Shown in pieces: positions 1 to 33,000 of a stretch of 64,000 nucleotides of DNA. Made by a program: the position numbers and the translations under genes. Source of the DNA: Antedon mediterranea (lineage: Eukaryota > Animalia > Echinodermata); the NCBI RefSeq assembly GCF_964355755.1, contig NC_092674.1, forward strand, positions 30,070,001-30,134,000. The letters run 5' to 3'. Position 1 is the stretch's first letter. Every line of letters begins with the position of its first letter. The notes beneath the pieces were generated by a model. The model did not search any database and was not told the DNA's origin. It saw only the letters and a list, made by a program, of their open reading frames with translations.

Positions 1-226
1 TGAAGGAATAGCAATATGTGTGATACCCATAGGAGATCCATTCTAATGACTGAAGGAATAGCAATATGTGTGATACCCATAGGAGATCCATTCTAATGAC
101 TGAAGGAATAGCAATATGTGTGATACCCATAGGAGATCCATTTTAATGACTGAAGGAATAGCAATATATGTGATACCCATAGGAGATACTTATCCATTCT
201 AATGACTGAAGGAATAGCAATATGTG
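1..226. repeat. 50-bp tandem repeat, ~4.5 copies visible, probably continuing beyond the window start
   Basis: Unit TGAAGGAATAGCAATATGTGTGATACCCATAGGAGATCCATTCTAATGAC recurs at 1, 51, 101, 151 and ~208. Confidence 0.95.
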
Positions 227-3200
227 TTTTAACACTATGGCCAACAACCCCTTGAGGGAAACCACTATATCATAAGTAGGCCTACATTTTTGGGGGGTCC
301 CGAATGTTTCCCATTGTAATAGGGTTTTTATTATAACTATTCTATTTTGACATGATAATGCACTCTTTAGACAAGATTAAGCTACAAAATGTTTTCTTCT
401 CAAACTTTAAACTTTAATATCGATTGGTCCACAATCACCTGTACCTCAATCGATAAGCACCTGTAGTATGACGTTACAAATGGCCCTTGTTACTAAGACC
501 TCTTTTTGATAAACCGGAAGACATTCATGTAACAGATAAATGTTTAGGATCGGATTAGTGTAGGCATTGTATCGATTGATATCGATTAGCCGCTCTAGTC
601 GCGTGGATTCACGGTTAATTATTTATAGGTATTTGTCACTTGTTTTAGTGTAAATCCCGTTGTTTTCAAACATACTTTTACTTGAATCGATTTTTCTTTC
701 TCTTTATTCCGCTATGGTTTGTATAAATTCATTGATACCTAATTCGGAAATCGCATTTACTCTTATTACTGGGTGTCTAATATGAAATCAATATGGCGAA
801 GACCTTGCTCGTAGATACAATGGGATCGGTATCCTAGGCCCGACTCTCCAAGTTTTCTATCGCGGTATTAATGTACCAAGGTCACTGCTCCACACAGCCT
901 ACCCATCACATCGATTAGGCTTAGGATTATTTTGTTTGTAAATCTATAACATTTTTATATATTATTCGTATTTTTATGTTTATTTTTTGAAATTATCAAC
1001 AGATTGTCGTTAAAATCGTTAACAATCAGGCATAAGGCAGAAAATAAATCAAGTTATACCTGTATTTAAAAACCAAGATAACAGATGAGTTTTTAAGTTA
1101 ACAAGCGTTTTTTGCTCACGTTTAAGTTTACAAGTTTAACCGCAGGATAGAAAGGCATCTGTGCGTACATTGCCCCATATGTTGATTTGGTTAAAAAAAG
1201 ACAGGTTCTACACTTGGGTAAAGCGTCATAAACAACGAAACAATACGGTGATACGTGCCAAGGACCTGCGATGCGCGTTATTATACGCAGAGCACGCGTT
1301 AATAGTTATATATGACATTAGATGAAATTGTCAGTACGTTGAAAGCAGACGATAAATAGAAATGTGGCTAATGATTGGTCATCTAGGATGACTAATATAA
1401 TCTTAATTGGTTACGAATCTCGGGCCTGAAACATTGAGTGCAGGTGCAGAGACCACTCAATAACTCTCAATTGTACATACAAGACTAATTCACAGCCAGT
1501 TATATGTGTTTACCTCAAAATACAAAGGCTTTTTCGCATTCAGTAAGGCAGCTGCACTCATAATTTATTGGTTAGCGATGCTGCCCCGATAAGGTCGGCA
1601 CTTGGTCCGGTTGGCTTCGCATGTGCCAACCGCCTCCCAGACTTGACGACAACAGGTTCTTCATCCATTGTTCTTCATCAAATCTGTCGTTTCTATTGTT
1701 TCTAAGGCTATATACGGTGAGTTTGTACAAGACCTAGTTCTTGATTGCAACCTATCTTGGCAAAGTGCCCTGAAGCCAGTACAGCGCAGCGAGAATTAAC
1801 CGAACAAGCGCGTGTCGAATTCGGTACTTATCGACAACGGTGACGAGTTTACAAACTAATACTTGATGCATTCAACAACCCTTTAAATATTGCACACTCA
1901 GTCTATGTATAAGAAATATCATATAGTTTAAGATGTGAAATCAATCGATTCAAGACAAAAACAAAACAATTTACAGCTCAAATTTCTAAACCGCGGTGCG
2001 CAAATCTGCTTATTTGTCGGCCGACGAGTGCTCGGCACTTACGTCCTTTGTGCCGGCATATCGTCACCAGCCTGATGTACGCCCATAGCCTATCATATTT
2101 CCTTGTTTTTTATTAAAATCACATCCCTTAGTCAATAACCTAGGTTGATTTTATAATTTCTATTGAGGACCTGGCTTACGTTTTTTTTTATTTTGTTGAT
2201 AAAGTTAACATCTGTCAAAAAAGTTTTCGACAAGCAGCACGTCGTGTCAGTGCTGTGTGCCGCGTCGCACGTCTCAGAGGCCACTCGACACCTAATCGAG
2301 TCCTTATTTTTGTGATTTATGCGGCTTTTGACAATTTGAGTAACTCGTTTTAGTAAAATGTTTAAATCGCTTTGTTTCTTGCTACAAGTGAGACATCAAA
2401 CTGACAAAGAACTATGATGACGGTAGTTATATTTTAACAGCAGATGGCGAGGAGGAACTGAAACAAGTGAAACAAACTTAGGAACCTGTCGTTGTCGTCG
2501 AAAACACGGCGTGTCAAACATCATATTAATTATTTATTGCAGTATGAATTATATTCATGACAGATTTGTCTTAATTGTATTACTTAAAGCGCGATAGATA
2601 ATGCGATAAATGATAAGAAAAATACACAACAATTAAGAAAAAAAGCTATTTAGACGGCGATCGTGCTCGAAGAATAACCATACCTTTTTATGTTTGTTTG
2701 GACTGGTGGCCGCCGACGAAAGTCAACGAAATCATTACAGCAACACTACTTTTGTTCATTTTAGTAGTTTATTTATTTATTAATGATGTCAGCTATAATA
2801 AATATTTAAGACTTAAGTAAGAAAGGAGAATAATAAAGGTTCTTAATCGTTAGGGTTTTCAGCTGATATACAATGAAACAAAGCGTGGTATTCTTAGAGT
2901 CTTAGAGTCATTAACAAAGTACAGTAAGATGTTTCTCCTCGAGACTTAAGCCTACCGACTACTCATGTCATATATTAATATATACAAGTGTAATCATTTC
3001 ACTGAAATGTAATATGGTTCTCGTGTTATATAATTCCATATTAAACTTTTTATTTCATTACCAACTTAATGCAATTAATTCAAAATTCTATCAATTTTAC
3101 GACATGAAATATTTCAATAAATGATACAAGGTCGATATGTCGTGTTGTAACACCAATTGAAACATAATCAAATTAAATTGATTTAAATATAAGTATACGA

Positions 3201-3254
3201 TTTAAATGCATTAACATGATATTTATACGGCGGCGGTTCATGACCATTGGGTAT

Positions 3255-3345
3255 TTGGTGGTGGTGTGTATTGACCAACATCGGACATGGTCACTGTTTG
3301 GTGGTGGTGGTGTGTATTGACCAACATCGGACATGGTCACTGTTT
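3255..3345. repeat. Local tandem duplication (~46 bp x2)
   Basis: TTTGGTGGTGGTGTGTATTGACCAACATCGGACATGGTCACTG occurs twice back to back. Confidence 0.85.
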
Positions 3346-4388
3346 CTGTAAACGTATTGTAGTTTGTTTTCATCTCTGTATTGCTGCATTGTTTATATCA
3401 AGAAAAAATACAAATAAAATATCTTTAGGTGGCAAAAATATCATATATACCAGGGGCTAATTTAATGTTGTGAAATACTGTGTGTAGGTTTGAGAGTCAC
3501 CGTCTACTTCATTAATCCCGACATTCTGATGTGTTACAAGCCTAAAAACGGTGGGCCCTATGTCTTGTTATATTTCCTTGCAAAATATTTATCAAATAAT
3601 ACGAATATGAATTTATTGACGTAATACAATAATCCAATGTTGGTTTTTATCATGTTTTGCGTTTGAAGGGGCAAGAAACTTATAATTAAAAGGTAGACAT
3701 GCATACCAATCAAGTTCAGTATCAATTGCCAGTAGTGGCGGCGCTCTTTTGTTTCGACATAAAAAAGTACAACTTCTAAAAACGAGCTGTATCGCTTTTG
3801 AACTAATAATGCTGCCCTCAAGACTTCATCAAAACAACATGGCTGCGCCCAGTAAATGTGTAGGCATGAGATATCTAACTGACGTATTCCTGACATTTAG
3901 GACGAACAATATTGGCAAAATGAAGCACGTTATTTTAGCTTGGTAAACGTAACGACGGTAATTCCGACTTTTGATACAATAGTGATTATAAATACAAAAA
4001 AGTGTAGGCTAGGCCTAGGTAGCTAGAGTAGCCTACTAACTAGTGTACTAGGTAGTTAGAGTAGGATCCAGGTATCCATCCAACAAGAAGACTAGACTAG
4101 AGTAGAGGTAGCAGGGTCTAAAGATGCCTACTATTATACAGTACTAATAATAATAATAACTATCCTATGACTAGGTTATATCTGCACTTCAGGTATAAGA
4201 CTAATCAAATTATTAATGTATTGATTGAATTTGAATGATACTACACACAACAACATCATTAAGTTTTGAGAAACTGTTTATTAATCTTTTGTGTCAACAA
4301 GTTAAACAAGTCATCTTCTCATACAGTAGTTGTTTAATTGGTTTTAATTTGTTGCAAATCATATTAGTTGTTATATAAACAACAAATC

Positions 4389-22494
<18,106 letters not shown>

Positions 22495-23061
22495 GATTAC
22501 AAGCTCAGAACAACTGAAATAATTAAGATTTCACAATCGGGACTCTTTTTTTATACAGTTGCTTGTCCTGAAAACTTGCCAGCTGTATCCAATGAAGTAT
22601 CAGTGATACATTTATCACAACACATTTCGAAATATTGATTTTGGCAATTTACTAGTTGATTAATAAACATCTTGATATCTTTGTTATATAATATAAATGA
22701 GGAGGTTATGTCGATGTCAGGGGGCGGAGTGTCGATGATTGACTCAGTTTTAGTTTTCAGGTGATCTGGTATAATAAGCATACAACGTTCTAGTTGATGG
22801 AAATATTTTGTGATGAGAATTTCGAAGTAGGATTGTCTTTAGTTTTGTAATGTCATTATCAATACGTATTTTATCATTATAAATGCTACCCCGGGATAAA
22901 CAACTGTATGAACATTAAAGATTTTTGAATTGCAGACTAGGCCTACTAAAGGATAATATATTTTAAGTTATCAATAAATGACTACATAAAACACAAGAAA
23001 ACATTTTTTTTGTCAAATCCAATTTTATTAAAGCGCCCTCTATTTTTTTCTGATCCGGGTT

Positions 23062-23076
23062 CTTCCTCTTATTCTC
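23062..23076 (+). promoter_or_regulatory. 5'-TOP / TCT-like pyrimidine tract at the RPS3 transcription start
   Basis: CTTCCTCTTATTCTC lies just upstream of the RPS3 ATG, as is typical of ribosomal protein genes. Confidence 0.65.
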
Positions 23077-23086
23077 AGCCTTCAAG

Positions 23087-24769
<1,683 letters not shown>

Positions 24770-25892
24770 ACAATCATGTAAGGTAAGACTTGTAATATTG
24801 TTTATTTTGTATATGGACGGCTTAGATTTAAGCTAGGCTTATTTTGTATTTGGATGGCTTAGGTTTAAGCTGGGTTTATTTAAATATCCCGTTACAATCA
24901 ACCCATGACTGTATAAAACTCTGTCTACACTATCAAACTAGTTTGATAAAAAAGAAAGTGTGATGTATTTTTCACATAAAGTTTGATAGTGTAGACAAAG
25001 CTTTAACTGTATAAGTAATAGAGGTACAGTACTAAGCAATTGTAATCATAAAAATGTACCTGTAACATAGTGCTATCTCTATCTTAATTTCAGTTACCAA
25101 TTGACTTGAACCAACATCATGAAATAGTTGCTCTATACAGGCATAGTATGTTGAAGATAACGCAAACTATAAACAAATATAACATCCAATGATTAAAGAT
25201 AAATAAATGAAAATATCTATAGATTGGTTTGTAAGTGTTTCTGTTCTTTTGGATTGATACGTTCTTTAAACCATGTAGAAAATTCCTCCTTGGTTCAACC
25301 TTTCCGTCGCCAATCCTTTAAGTTGCAAAAATAAAAATTTGCTGTATGGTATTTCAAATTTAAATCCTGGTAACTATTTGTTTCTGTGTAATGGTCAAAA
25401 CCAATAGGTTACCCTTACTGGTGTAACACAGGGAGAAAAGCCCCTGGTTTAGCCAGTGTCAAGCACTCATAGCTGGTACGCTGCTGATTACACAGGAATG
25501 ATACCAACGACGTTTGTTGGCATTAGTTGGTGGTACAGATTATCAAATGGCTTAAGCAGAGATCTCCATTTTCATTTCGAGCTTTAATCTAATCTTCACA
25601 TCTTTTAATTTTAATGCATCTTCAAATTTAATTCTCTGGGAATGTACTCATAGCTTGACTACATTGTACCATATGTAATGGCTGTGTTACAATTAGACTA
25701 ACTAGACAACAACCAGTGTGACAACAGGTACTCTGAATTTAATTACATACAATGTAGGTGATGAACATTAATTACAATATACTGCACTGGATATATCGTA
25801 GGCGAGCAATTGTGTCTAGCGCCACCTATTTTTTTCCAAAGTCATGTATTTTAATTGTACCAAGCGCCCTCTATTTTAGTCCCAGTTCACAT

Positions 25893-25921
25893 CAAAGATA
25901 GTACACTATACAGTATCTTTG
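25893..25921. mobile_element. 29-bp P-element-like micro insertion
   Basis: CAAAGATA...TATCTTTG flanked by TTCACAT / GTCACAT (6/7 match to a 7-bp TSD). Confidence 0.5.
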
Positions 25922-26478
25922 GTCACATGGATTAAAACCAAAAAATGAACATTTTTAAAGTATTGGTTAATTCGTGCTACTCTGCAATAATGGATGACGA
26001 CAAGAGGTTTCCAAGTGATTCGGGTCAATTATTAATCATTCTAAATTATTTATGACATAACACTTGTGCATGTTTCCTTATTTGATATGCATTATTTAAT
26101 CAACTAATGAATGATGACGATTTGGCTAATTGTTTTCAATGTCCATGTTACGGTCTTGGTCGTTTTATTTCTGTACATTTAAATGTCTTGTGAATATAGC
26201 CTATATACAGAAGATTACTCGTGACGTGGTGCTGCTGGCAATATTTAAGCTTGGTTCCCACTGGGACACCAAGTACATGAGTGCCACGCAATTGAACAAT
26301 TGCGACATGATAGATAAAATATAATAGAGGATCTGCCGCGTCGTGATTGGCCAATTCGATGGTGTTGCGCGCCATGCGTAGCGTCTGTAATTGTCCGCGG
26401 CCGCCCGCGGTGTTTACTATGAGGAGGGAGGTGAAGGGGACCAGAACATATATACAGCATGTTTGGCTATATGTATTA

Positions 26479-26807
26479 AGTTTGGTTCCCACTAGAACGT
26501 AACGCAAGGACGTAAAGCGTGGTTCCCACTAGCGACGCAGCACAAGGACGTAACGTAACGCAAGCGTTTTAACCAATGACAAGCGAAGTTATAGACAGTT
26601 ACCAATCACAAGCGAATAAGCCATCGCTTGTGATTGGTCAATTCACTTGCGTTGCGTTACGTCCTTGTGTTGCGTCGCTAGTGGGAACCACGCTTAAGTG
26701 ATTTAAGACTAATCACAAACTATAGATTATTCGAACTATCCCTTGTCATTGGTCAGCTTGCTTGCGTTGCGTCTCTGTCCTTGCAATGCATCTCTAATGG
26801 GAAAGCT
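26479..26807. mobile_element. PIF/Harbinger (Tourist)-like MITE family B, with a second copy nested inside at 26516-26694
   Basis: The inner copy has TIR AGCGTGGTTCCCACTAGCGACGCA and TSD TAA/TAA; the outer copy has TSD TTA/TTA. Related degenerate copies lie at ~6150-6300, ~17835-17980 and ~21860-21995. Confidence 0.8.
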
Positions 26808-28039
26808 TTAGGCTTACTACGGTACTATTTTTTATGAGAGGATCCACAGTCTGAATGGCGACATATTTACGTTGAGTAACAATTCAACTATTTTTATACA
26901 ATACAATTCATCTTAACCGGAAGATGAGTTATAATTACAATGATATAATTAATCGTGAACGTTAATTAGATTTTACATTTCAATTAATCTCTTTTGAAGT
27001 GAAATTATCGACCATGTCCGCATCCGTCAATTTTTGTTGAATGTGCTTAAACTAGGTTCCCACATGTCTTGGACGCAACGCATATTATGTACGCGCAGCG
27101 CAAGGGATTTTATATGATGTAACGTTTGAAGTGTGTATCGATCGTGCGTAGGCCTACATACGTACGTTTCCTCGTGGAAACCAAGGCTTTCGATTATGAT
27201 TTCAAAATGGTTTTTGTAGGGCAGCCAATAATATGTACAATCCGTTATATTAAATAACAATGAGAACCCAACATGTTATACAACTGATAACATTTAATGA
27301 TAAGACATATTGATATCATTTGTTTTCACGCGATTAACTAATTATGATAAGAATGTTTCATAATTGATGTGGATGGCCATCTGGTGACATCAGTGACATT
27401 TCTCGTGACTAGTTGCTTTTGTTTTGACAAAAGAAGTGGTCAGTGGCGTTTCCGCTGTCCCTGACCCCCTTTCAATAAACTTGGACGTTCTTAGAACGTC
27501 TTGTTGATGGTCATACTATACTATTCACCCAGTAAAAAATGTAGCTAACTCAAAATATAAACCAAATGGGTAAATCAATAAATATGACGAAATAATAATT
27601 ATTGTTGAATGAAGAATAAAAAGTATTATTTTTTTTATTATTGGAACATGGATTTCGGAAAAAGATAGCTTTAAAAGTACAGTATATCAAATTTCGCGTT
27701 CACATCGCCGAATTCGTACGTACGACGTGTAGTAAAAAACTCCAGGCACGTACGCGGTTCAAGTGCGCGTGACTCACGTTATCTTATCTGGGCTATTGTT
27801 ATCTTTCGGTGTCTATTTACCTAGTATATTATAAAGTATGAGTATTAATAGAATGTCTAGTAGGCCTACTTGCTTGGTTATTTCAAAATATCAAAATATT
27901 GCATGTTTTTGATTTACATCAAACAGCCCTTTTATTTTGATTGACGTTTCCGTATTGGTGGAAATACTAAAATAATATGATTTATTAATAAGAAATCTCC
28001 GCATTTATACGATGTTACACATATTGTCATTAATAAACC

Positions 28040-28437
28040 ATTTTTTGTAACGCAACGAAAAGTGGTTTGACCAATCACAAGCGGTAGATTATTCGAACAG
28101 TCGCGTGTGATTGGTCAATTCACTTACGTTGCGTTACGTCCTTGTGTTGCGTCTCTAGAACGAAACACAAGGACGTAAACGCAACGCAAGCGTTTTAACC
28201 AATGACAAGCGAAGTTATAGACAGTTAGCAATCACAAGCGAATAAGCCATCGCTTGTGATTGGTCAATTCACTTGCGTTGCGTTACGTCCTTGTGTTGCG
28301 TCGCAAGTGGGAACCACGCTTTAGAGGCGTAGCGCAACATGACCAATCGCAAGTGAAGGATTGTTTAACTGTCGCTTGTCATTGGTCAACTCGCCTGCGT
28401 TGCGTCTACGTCGTTGCGTGTCTAGTGGGAACCAGCT
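28040..28437. mobile_element. Cluster of nested or fragmented MITE family B copies
   Basis: Two right ends, GTGGGAACCACGCT|TTA (28320) and GTGGGAACCAGCT|TTA (28437). The interior is nearly identical to 26516-26694. Confidence 0.75.
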
Positions 28438-29549
28438 TTACAATTAGGCCAATTAAAACAAATTGACTCCTTTGTTTAATTTATAATCTTTATTCACAAT
28501 ACCAATTTACAAAAGTAAACTTAAAAGTAATATTTTATAAAATGTTGAAAAGACACATTTGCATAACATTTGCATAAAACTCTCCTTATTAAAACATGTT
28601 ATTTTTTCTTCAATCTTATTTTCTATAGCACACATTTTCGTCAGTGCCGAAAACAATCTTTGAGTCGCACTTAAAATGCAAGTTTGTTTCTGATATTTTA
28701 ATAATTTCTATACAAATATTTCTATTCTAGAAATTATGTAATGTTTTTTTTTCTTACAAATAATAATCATTCATTTAGCACACTTTGATATTGTTTTTAA
28801 TAATTTCTTATTTTCAAAATTATTTTATTTCTTATGTATAGTTTTAATGATTTTTAAAGAAATATAAAAAAAAAGAAATAAAATTACTGTTGCATTTAAA
28901 ATATAATTACATACAAAACATAAAATTTAAAAGAAATGGAATGAAAATTAAAATATAAGAATTCTATGAATATTAATCGTTTATACAATTTCAGACTAAG
29001 TTGGGTTGGCTATGTACAATCATGTTTTTGGATATTTTTGTATCATTCTTTTTGTTCTGGTTTAATAAAGGACTTCTTTCGTTGTTGTTGTGATAACATA
29101 TGTCAGAATAGATACAAGGATGCACAAAGTGTCCATATGTGAAAAATAAAAAAAAAACATAATTTACACACAGTTTTCTAGTTTACCAACTCTTTTTCAA
29201 TCTTTTGAACTTTGACATGTTAGCTGAAATGCACTTACCATGACTATAATATACTCTTGTATATTACTGTATTATACAGTATTATGCTTTCATTTTGCAG
29301 ATTAAAAAAAATATTTATGGTTAATTTTTTTTTAGAAATGTGTGAATGAATGGTAAATAAAAATATCTTTTTAAAGAGATTGTTACATTCTTGGTTATTA
29401 TACATTGTTTTAGTTTAAAATATTTGTCGTAAAATTTACAAGGTTTTAATTTGTTCTCCGATGCATCGGCACAGCACATTAGAAATGTATAAAATCATCA
29501 TAAAAGCTGACAGATTTTAATAAAATTGTGTTCATCCACATAGACAGGA

Positions 29550-29763
29550 AGTAAAGATTATGACATGGAATGAATTCATGATTATTCATGAGCAGTTCAG
29601 GTCAAACTGCGACCGGTTTAAACTGGAATCCAACATACTCGTTGGAATCAAAGTCAATGGAACATCTTGAAATGATGGAATGTTTTGAACAACTTATGAA
29701 TATTCATAAGTTTGCTCATGAATAATCATGAATATGTTTCCAAAGTTATGAATAATCTTTACT
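29550..29763. repeat. Imperfect long inverted repeat in the VEGFR-like 3' UTR
   Basis: ATTCATGATTATTCATGAGCA (29574-29594) is the exact reverse complement of 29713-29733. AGTAAAGATTAT / ATAATCTTTACT extend the arms. Confidence 0.75.
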
Positions 29764-30085
29764 ATAGTCATCATTTTTTTATAAATAATTATGAAAGTCT
29801 AGTTTTTCACAATTTAAATTTAAATTTATGAATGATTTTGCAGCATGTAAATGGTAGTTTTGTACGCATAATCAATTCAGTTTTGGCAGTATAGGTTAGG
29901 AAAAACCAGCATCCCGTTTCAAAGGTCATATATCAATAGTACCTTGTTTACATCACCACAGTAACCAGATCACGGTCAAACTTTCTCACGTTAATATGCT
30001 GAATTTCACAGCAATTTTTTGTCTCCGCTTTTCTTTTCATCGACGCCATTGTTTTTTTCAAATGGTAACATCCGACAAATATTTT

Positions 30086-33000
30086 CTACACGGCACTTTG
30101 AAGGATTGTGATCTTACTGCTGGACTCAAGCTCTTCTAAGCAAGAGAAATCAACAAAGTTCAAATCTTCCTGATAAAAACCTGATTCATGTTTGCTATGA
30201 TCCTTACAACAAATGTTCGTTTTAACCACTTTATTATAATCTGGAGGAATTTCATCCTCATTACTATCTGACCCAGATCGGAAACCACTCGATGATTCTG
30301 ACGTCACCGATTCTTCACTTTTACCGTGCCGGTCCATGTGTAGCTTTCCTGGTCCACCGTGGATGGGTTTTAACGTTTTATGATCGATTGATCCGACTGA
30401 TCGCCGTGGCGTCATGAGATTGATGATGCAGTTGTCTGCTGGTTTTTGTACGACCTCGCTTCCTGTGAAGCTCTGACTTCCACGTGTCAGCTCAATACGT
30501 TCGCCATCTTCCACTCTTTTGTCTTCTTTCATTCTGTTAGCCAAGTTATCCTCTTGCACTAACGGATCATTTTCCAAAGCCTCGTCCTCAGGAATAACTG
30601 CAGAGGGCGGTCTAAATGCAGTGCAAATGTCCATGTACTCCTGTAAAAAAGTATTTTGTTAAAAAGAATTTATTCTCCAGTTTCAAACTTTTTTTTTTTT
30701 TGGTACCAAAAACAAAACAAAAACATGACTGACGCAGCGGTAACACACATACATAAAAGATTTTTCATTCAAGGAATCTCTTTGAAATACATGATGCATG
30801 GTAATTTCTCAAAGTGGTATAGGCTTATATTGATCAATAATTAAAACTAAATATACCAAGTGTTTTATTACCTCTCGAATGTTAGCCTGTAGCTGGTCTC
30901 CCAGTTTACAAACCAGTTCACTAAAAATTGGTCTTTCTTTGGGTTCCGAGTTCCACGAGTCCAACATGATGTGGTAGCTACAAAATAAATAGTAAATAAT
31001 GTAAAGTAAAATCACACACATTCAATGCAGGTCTTGCATCTTTTATGATGAACTATATTAACAAAGAACTCCTAGCAGACTGCAGTTTCAGAATTGCTCA
31101 ATAAGATTGTTTTGTTGAGTTTTTTTATTATTATTTAAATTTTCCCACAGATTTATTGTGGGATTGCTCTAAAGACTGGATCTCCATGATTGGTCAACAT
31201 CTTCATATATAAATTACAACATTCAATGCATGCAAGATGAGGTGAAATAAACAAGTAAACTTACATCTCTTTAGGAGCGTACTCTGGCTGGCACATTCTG
31301 TAACCATTCTTCAAGCGATTATAGAATTCTTCATCAACTTGTACGCCTGGATAAGGAGAGCCACCAAGAGAGAACACTTCCCACATGAAGATAGCAAATG
31401 ACCAGACATCACTGTAAGTTGTGTAAACTTTGTCAAAGATCGATTCAGGTGCCATCCATTTCAGAGGTAAACGGCTCTGTAAACAAATATATTAGTTGTT
31501 AAATTTTTATCTTTTTATATGACTACGGTAGAAATCTTTGGGACACTCCTAACAAGGGCACACCTCTATTAAGGGCACACCTCTATTAAGGGCACACCTC
31601 TATTAAGGGCACACCTCTATTAAGGGGATACCTCTATTTAAGTGACACTACTGTTACTATTATTGAGGCCAATATGTTTCAACACTGCTGCCAATTACTA
31701 TTCAAGGAACAGTTTGTCTTAAAGGTTTCCCCTTATTACAGGTTCAATTGTATTATATGTTTCAAAAGACTTAAGTTGATACTATCAGTTTCTGGTAACA
31801 AACCAATATTAAAAGAGACTTTCAAATTCATTTGTTATAGAACCTTCTTGTTGATTTCCAATCATAGTGATAATTATTTTAAAATACTTACACTGCCTTG
31901 GGTCACATAGTTTGGATCAGAGTAAATATCTCTACTAAGACCAAAATCACAAATCTTCACAATGTTGTTTTCGGTAAGCAGAACATTCCTGGCAGCTAAG
32001 TCACGATGAATGCACTACAAGACAAAACATAATAATAGTTCATTCTTATATAGCGCATATAAGCAAACTCTCAATGCACTACACATTATTACCACAGTCA
32101 TTTTTTTTGTTGAATTAGAATGCTTACTTTTCTAGACGCTAGGAATTCCATGCCCTTTGCGACCTGGAAGCAGTAACAGATGAGGTCTTCCAAGGTCAGC
32201 GGTGTCTCCTTCTCGCAGTAATCGCTGAACACATCATCGTCCTCATCAGCGGAGTCCAAAAAGCCATCTTCGTTGGTGCTGGTACGGGCACTGCTGGTTC
32301 GCTTACTCGTCGATGACATGCGCATGTACGATGGTTTCTCTTCCATCACGTAACACTTACGCTTTGATCGCAGGTAGTCGGACAGGTTTCCAAAACAACA
32401 GAATTCAACGATGATAAAAAGTTCTAATTTTTAAAAAAATTGAAAAATTTAAGTTTGTTGATAAAGTGTTCTCAGTGTACTTAGTAATAAAGTACAAATT
32501 ATGTCAGAGTAGGGCAAAACGTCTGACCAATAAAAGTTCAACTATAAATTAAGGATTGAACTAAGAAGTAAAAGTAGAAAAAGATTAGATCTGTTTATAA
32601 TAGATTATTGGAAATAAATTAAACATGTGTATATAGCTTACATAGCAATTATGAATGTTTGTTTTAGTTGGACCGGCCCTCAAGCAGTTCTTTGCCTGAT
32701 GTGTTTATATATATATATATATACTGCTATCTTGTGTAGAAATCATAGTCTAGACAGTTAGCGTGTCTGCTGCGCTAAGACGCTGTCTAGTTTTTTAGAA
32801 TACTGAATCACGTTCTCGCTTATTAAATTCAGTAGCATCTCTATACAATTACCATGTATAATTCGTAACACGGTTAGGAAATGGCGCTATTAGTTTGTCT
32901 GAGTTGAAACTGATAAGAGAATTTAATTTATCCAACATCGATATATAGCATGATCACAATCGCCTACTAGTTGAAAACATAATTTAAAAACATGAAATGT

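Noticed and set aside
27700-27775. tRNA/SINE head (GGTTCAAGT T-loop-like)
   Set aside because: T-stem closing mismatch, and no cloverleaf or A-box.
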